Assembly: GCA_001604035.1 (NCBI GenBank) | Contig: LVAK01000027.1 | Coordinates: 26 to 64,025 of the forward strand | Reading direction: 5' to 3' | Source of the DNA: Clostridiales bacterium Firm_05 | Lineage (GTDB): Bacteria; Bacillota; Clostridia; Oscillospirales; Ruminococcaceae | DNA: 64,000 nucleotides | Shown here: one piece after another, positions 61,459-64,000 of the stretch | Position numbering within the stretch: position 1 is the stretch's first letter | Layout of the letters: every line of letters starts with the position of its first letter | The notes under the pieces: model-generated | What the model saw: the letters and a program-made list of their open reading frames with translations, nothing else | What the model was told of the DNA's origin: nothing | Databases searched by the model: none | Program-made: the position numbers and the translations under genes

Positions 61459-62787
61459 ATGTCAATACCGATAGTAGCAGTTGTGGGAAGGCCTAATGTA
61501 GGTAAATCCACACTTTTCAACAAGCTGATCGGACAGCGCCTTTCCATAGTAGAGGATACTCCCGGAGTTACCCGTGACCGTATCTACTCAAAGTGTGAAT
61601 GGCGTGGCAAGGAATTCATGGTAGTTGATACAGGCGGTATCGAGCCTGACAGCGACGATGTGATCCTTTCCCAGATGAGAAGACAGTCCGAGCTTGCTAT
61701 AGAGAAAGCCGATGTTATCGTATTCGTTACAGATATCCGCTGCGGAGTTACTGCTGATGACTATACAGTGGCACAGATGCTGCTGAAAAGCGGCAAGCCG
61801 ATCGTTCTGGCAGTAAACAAGTGCGATACCCTTGGCGAGCCTCCCATGGAGATATACGAGTTCTACAATCTCGGATTGGGTGATCCGTATCCCATATCCT
61901 CAGTACACGGCCATGGTACAGGCGATATGCTGGATAAGATATATGAGTATCTTCCTGACGAAAAGGAGGAGGAGTACGAGGACGACTATATCAAGGTAGC
62001 TGTTATAGGCAAGCCTAATGCCGGAAAGTCCTCGCTTATAAACAAGATAGCAGGCGAGGAGAGAGTGATCGTATCTGATATCGCCGGCACCACACGAGAT
62101 TCAACGGATACTGTCATTGAAAATGAGTACGGCAAATTTGTATTCATCGATACCGCAGGCATCCGCAAGAAGTCAAAGGTGACTGAGAAGATAGAGCATT
62201 ACAGCGTCCTGAGAGCTTATATGGCTGTTGACAGGGCTGATGTATGCGTTATCATGCTTGACGCCTCAGAGGGCTTCACAGAGCAGGATTCAAAGGTTGC
62301 AGGCTATGCACATGAGCAGGGAAAGGCCTGTGTTGTAGCAGTCAACAAGTGGGACCTCATTGAAAAGGACGATAAGACAATGCAGGAATTCAGGACAAAG
62401 CTTGAGAATGATTTCAGCTTTATGTCATATGTTCCCTTTGTATTTATCTCCGCAAAGACCGGTCAGCGCATAAACAAGCTCTATGAGCTCATAAAATATA
62501 CCTATGAGCAGAACAGCATGAGAATATCAACAGGTATGCTCAACGATGTTCTTGCATATGCTACAACAAGAGTGCAGCCGCCTTCGGATAAGGGCAGAAG
62601 GCTTAAGATATACTATATGACACAGCCTTCCACAAAGCCGCCCACGTTTGTGACATTCGTGAACAGGGCAGACCTCTTCCACTTCTCCTACAGGAGATAT
62701 ATTGAAAATCAGATACGCTCTACATTTGGTCTTGAGGGAACACCTGTGAGATTCATAGTACGTGAGCGGGGAGGAAATGATAAATAA
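61459..62787 (+). CDS. der: Ribosome biogenesis GTPase Der (EngA)
   Basis: Two G domains: GRPNVGKS..DTGG and GKPNAGKS..DTAG. Confidence 0.97.
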   Translation: MSIPIVAVVGRPNVGKSTLFNKLIGQRLSIVEDTPGVTRDRIYSKCEWRGKEFMVVDTGGIEPDSDDVILSQMRRQSELAIEKADVIVFVTDIRCGVTADDYTVAQMLLKSGKPIVLAVNKCDTLGEPPMEIYEFYNLGLGDPYPISSVHGHGTGDMLDKIYEYLPDEKEEEYEDDYIKVAVIGKPNAGKSSLINKIAGEERVIVSDIAGTTRDSTDTVIENEYGKFVFIDTAGIRKKSKVTEKIEHYSVLRAYMAVDRADVCVIMLDASEGFTEQDSKVAGYAHEQGKACVVAVNKWDLIEKDDKTMQEFRTKLENDFSFMSYVPFVFISAKTGQRINKLYELIKYTYEQNSMRISTGMLNDVLAYATTRVQPPSDKGRRLKIYYMTQPSTKPPTFVTFVNRADLFHFSYRRYIENQIRSTFGLEGTPVRFIVRERGGNDK

Positions 62788-63470
62788 TGAAGTTATTACT
62801 GGCGCTTATATTTGCTGCCGCAGCAGGATATTTCCTCGGCAGCCTGAATTTTTCAATTATCTCTGTAAAGATGATGAAGGGAAAGGATATCCGCACTATG
62901 GGCAGCCATAATGCAGGTCTTACAAATACTCTTCGCTGTGCAGGAAAAGACTGTGCGGCAGTTACTCTTGCCGGAGATCTGCTCAAGGGAATAGTTGCCG
63001 TTGCACTGTCAAGAGGTTTCTGTCATCTTATCGGAGCCGGACTTACTCCCGGAAACGATACCCATTACATAGGCTATATTGCAGGGCTCTGTGCTATAAT
63101 CGGACATATATTCCCGATATACTACGGATTCAAGGGCGGAAAGGGCGTGCTTGTTGGAGTATCCACTTTCCTTGTAGTAGACTTCAAGGTATTCATAGCA
63201 CTTCTTGCTATATTTATAGTGATACTTGCGCTTTCAAAATATGTATCTCTTGCATCTATAATAGGCGCAGGATACTGTCCGCTTGCGACACTCCTCATGT
63301 CTTGGATAGTTACCGGAAACAGCTTCGGACGAAGCTTCCTGTATCTTATCCTTTCTCTGCCGATGGCAGGGCTTGTGATATGGATGCACCGTTCAAACAT
63401 CGAAAGACTCATGAACGGAACTGAAAATAAGTTCTCATTCAATACAACTGACCTTACTAAAGGTAACTGA
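62787..63470 (+). CDS. plsY: Glycerol-3-phosphate acyltransferase PlsY
   Basis: GSHNAG.TN, DLLKG, GHIFP...FKGGKGV, HRSNIERL. Confidence 0.93.
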   Translation: MKLLLALIFAAAAGYFLGSLNFSIISVKMMKGKDIRTMGSHNAGLTNTLRCAGKDCAAVTLAGDLLKGIVAVALSRGFCHLIGAGLTPGNDTHYIGYIAGLCAIIGHIFPIYYGFKGGKGVLVGVSTFLVVDFKVFIALLAIFIVILALSKYVSLASIIGAGYCPLATLLMSWIVTGNSFGRSFLYLILSLPMAGLVIWMHRSNIERLMNGTENKFSFNTTDLTKGN

Positions 63471-63484
63471 AAGGAGAGTATATC

Positions 63485-64000
63485 ATGGCAAAGATCACAA
63501 TACTTGGTTCAGGCGGATTTGGTCTCGCCCTTGCGATAATGGCAGAACACTGCGGAGGACATGAGGTCACAGTATGGTCAAAATTCCAGTCGGAGATCGA
63601 CGAGATACGTTCACACGGCGAGCACATCCATAAGCTCCCCGGAGTACCTGTATCGGAGAGCATAGCTATGACCAGTGATATATCCTGTGTAAAGGGATGT
63701 GATATGCTCATATTCGGTATACCATCATCATTCGTAAGAGATGTTGCAAAGGAAGCCGCTCCCTATATCGATGATCATATGGTAGTTGTCAACACCGGAA
63801 AGGGACTTGAGGAGGGCAGCCTTAAAACTCTCAGCGAGGTGATAAGCGAGGAGATAAAGACTGATAAGCTGGTAGTTCTCTCCGGTCCCTCACACGCTGA
63901 GGAAGTAGCAAGATGCATCCCTACTACAGTAGTTGCTGCTTCAGACAATCACGATGCTGCTGAGTATGTACAGAAGCAGTTCGGCAACAGCTTCATGAGG
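63485..64000 (+). CDS. gpsA: NAD(P)H-dependent glycerol-3-phosphate dehydrogenase, 3' truncated by window edge
   Basis: MAKITILGSGGFGLALA, TGKGLE, LSGPSHAEEV; not in the ORF track. Confidence 0.93.
   Translation, partial: MAKITILGSGGFGLALAIMAEHCGGHEVTVWSKFQSEIDEIRSHGEHIHKLPGVPVSESIAMTSDISCVKGCDMLIFGIPSSFVRDVAKEAAPYIDDHMVVVNTGKGLEEGSLKTLSEVISEEIKTDKLVVLSGPSHAEEVARCIPTTVVAASDNHDAAEYVQKQFGNSFMR

Overview
Chromosomal window of a cellulosome-producing Ruminococcaceae bacterium. The dockerin styles resemble Ruminococcus flavefaciens (inference). Housekeeping genes: partial sigF-like sigma factor, hemW, lepA, cyclophilin, Na+/H+ antiporter, P-type ATPase, hom, tRNA-Gln, Na+-translocating decarboxylase operon, three DD-carboxypeptidases, pgi, rpmF, der, plsY, partial gpsA. 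Plant-cell-wall genes: dockerin-SGNH esterase, dockerin-Cthe_2159-like-CotH fusion, PL11 lyase-dockerin, GH16-CBM lipoprotein. The most unusual non-coding signals are a ~330-nt highly structured leader before the dockerin-CotH gene, a 116-bp tandem hairpin array at the promoter of a GGDEF gene, and a MITE-like palindromic element inserted into a terminator loop, with a degenerate copy elsewhere. An accessory island at 43.6-49 kb holds two tandem cassettes. Each is a large Ig-repeat protein gene, an unannotated ~48-aa peptide gene, a shared terminator and an oxidoreductase 3' end; the second large gene is a multiply disrupted pseudogene. No CRISPR array, rRNA or transposase was found. All family calls are from motif recognition by eye, not database searches.
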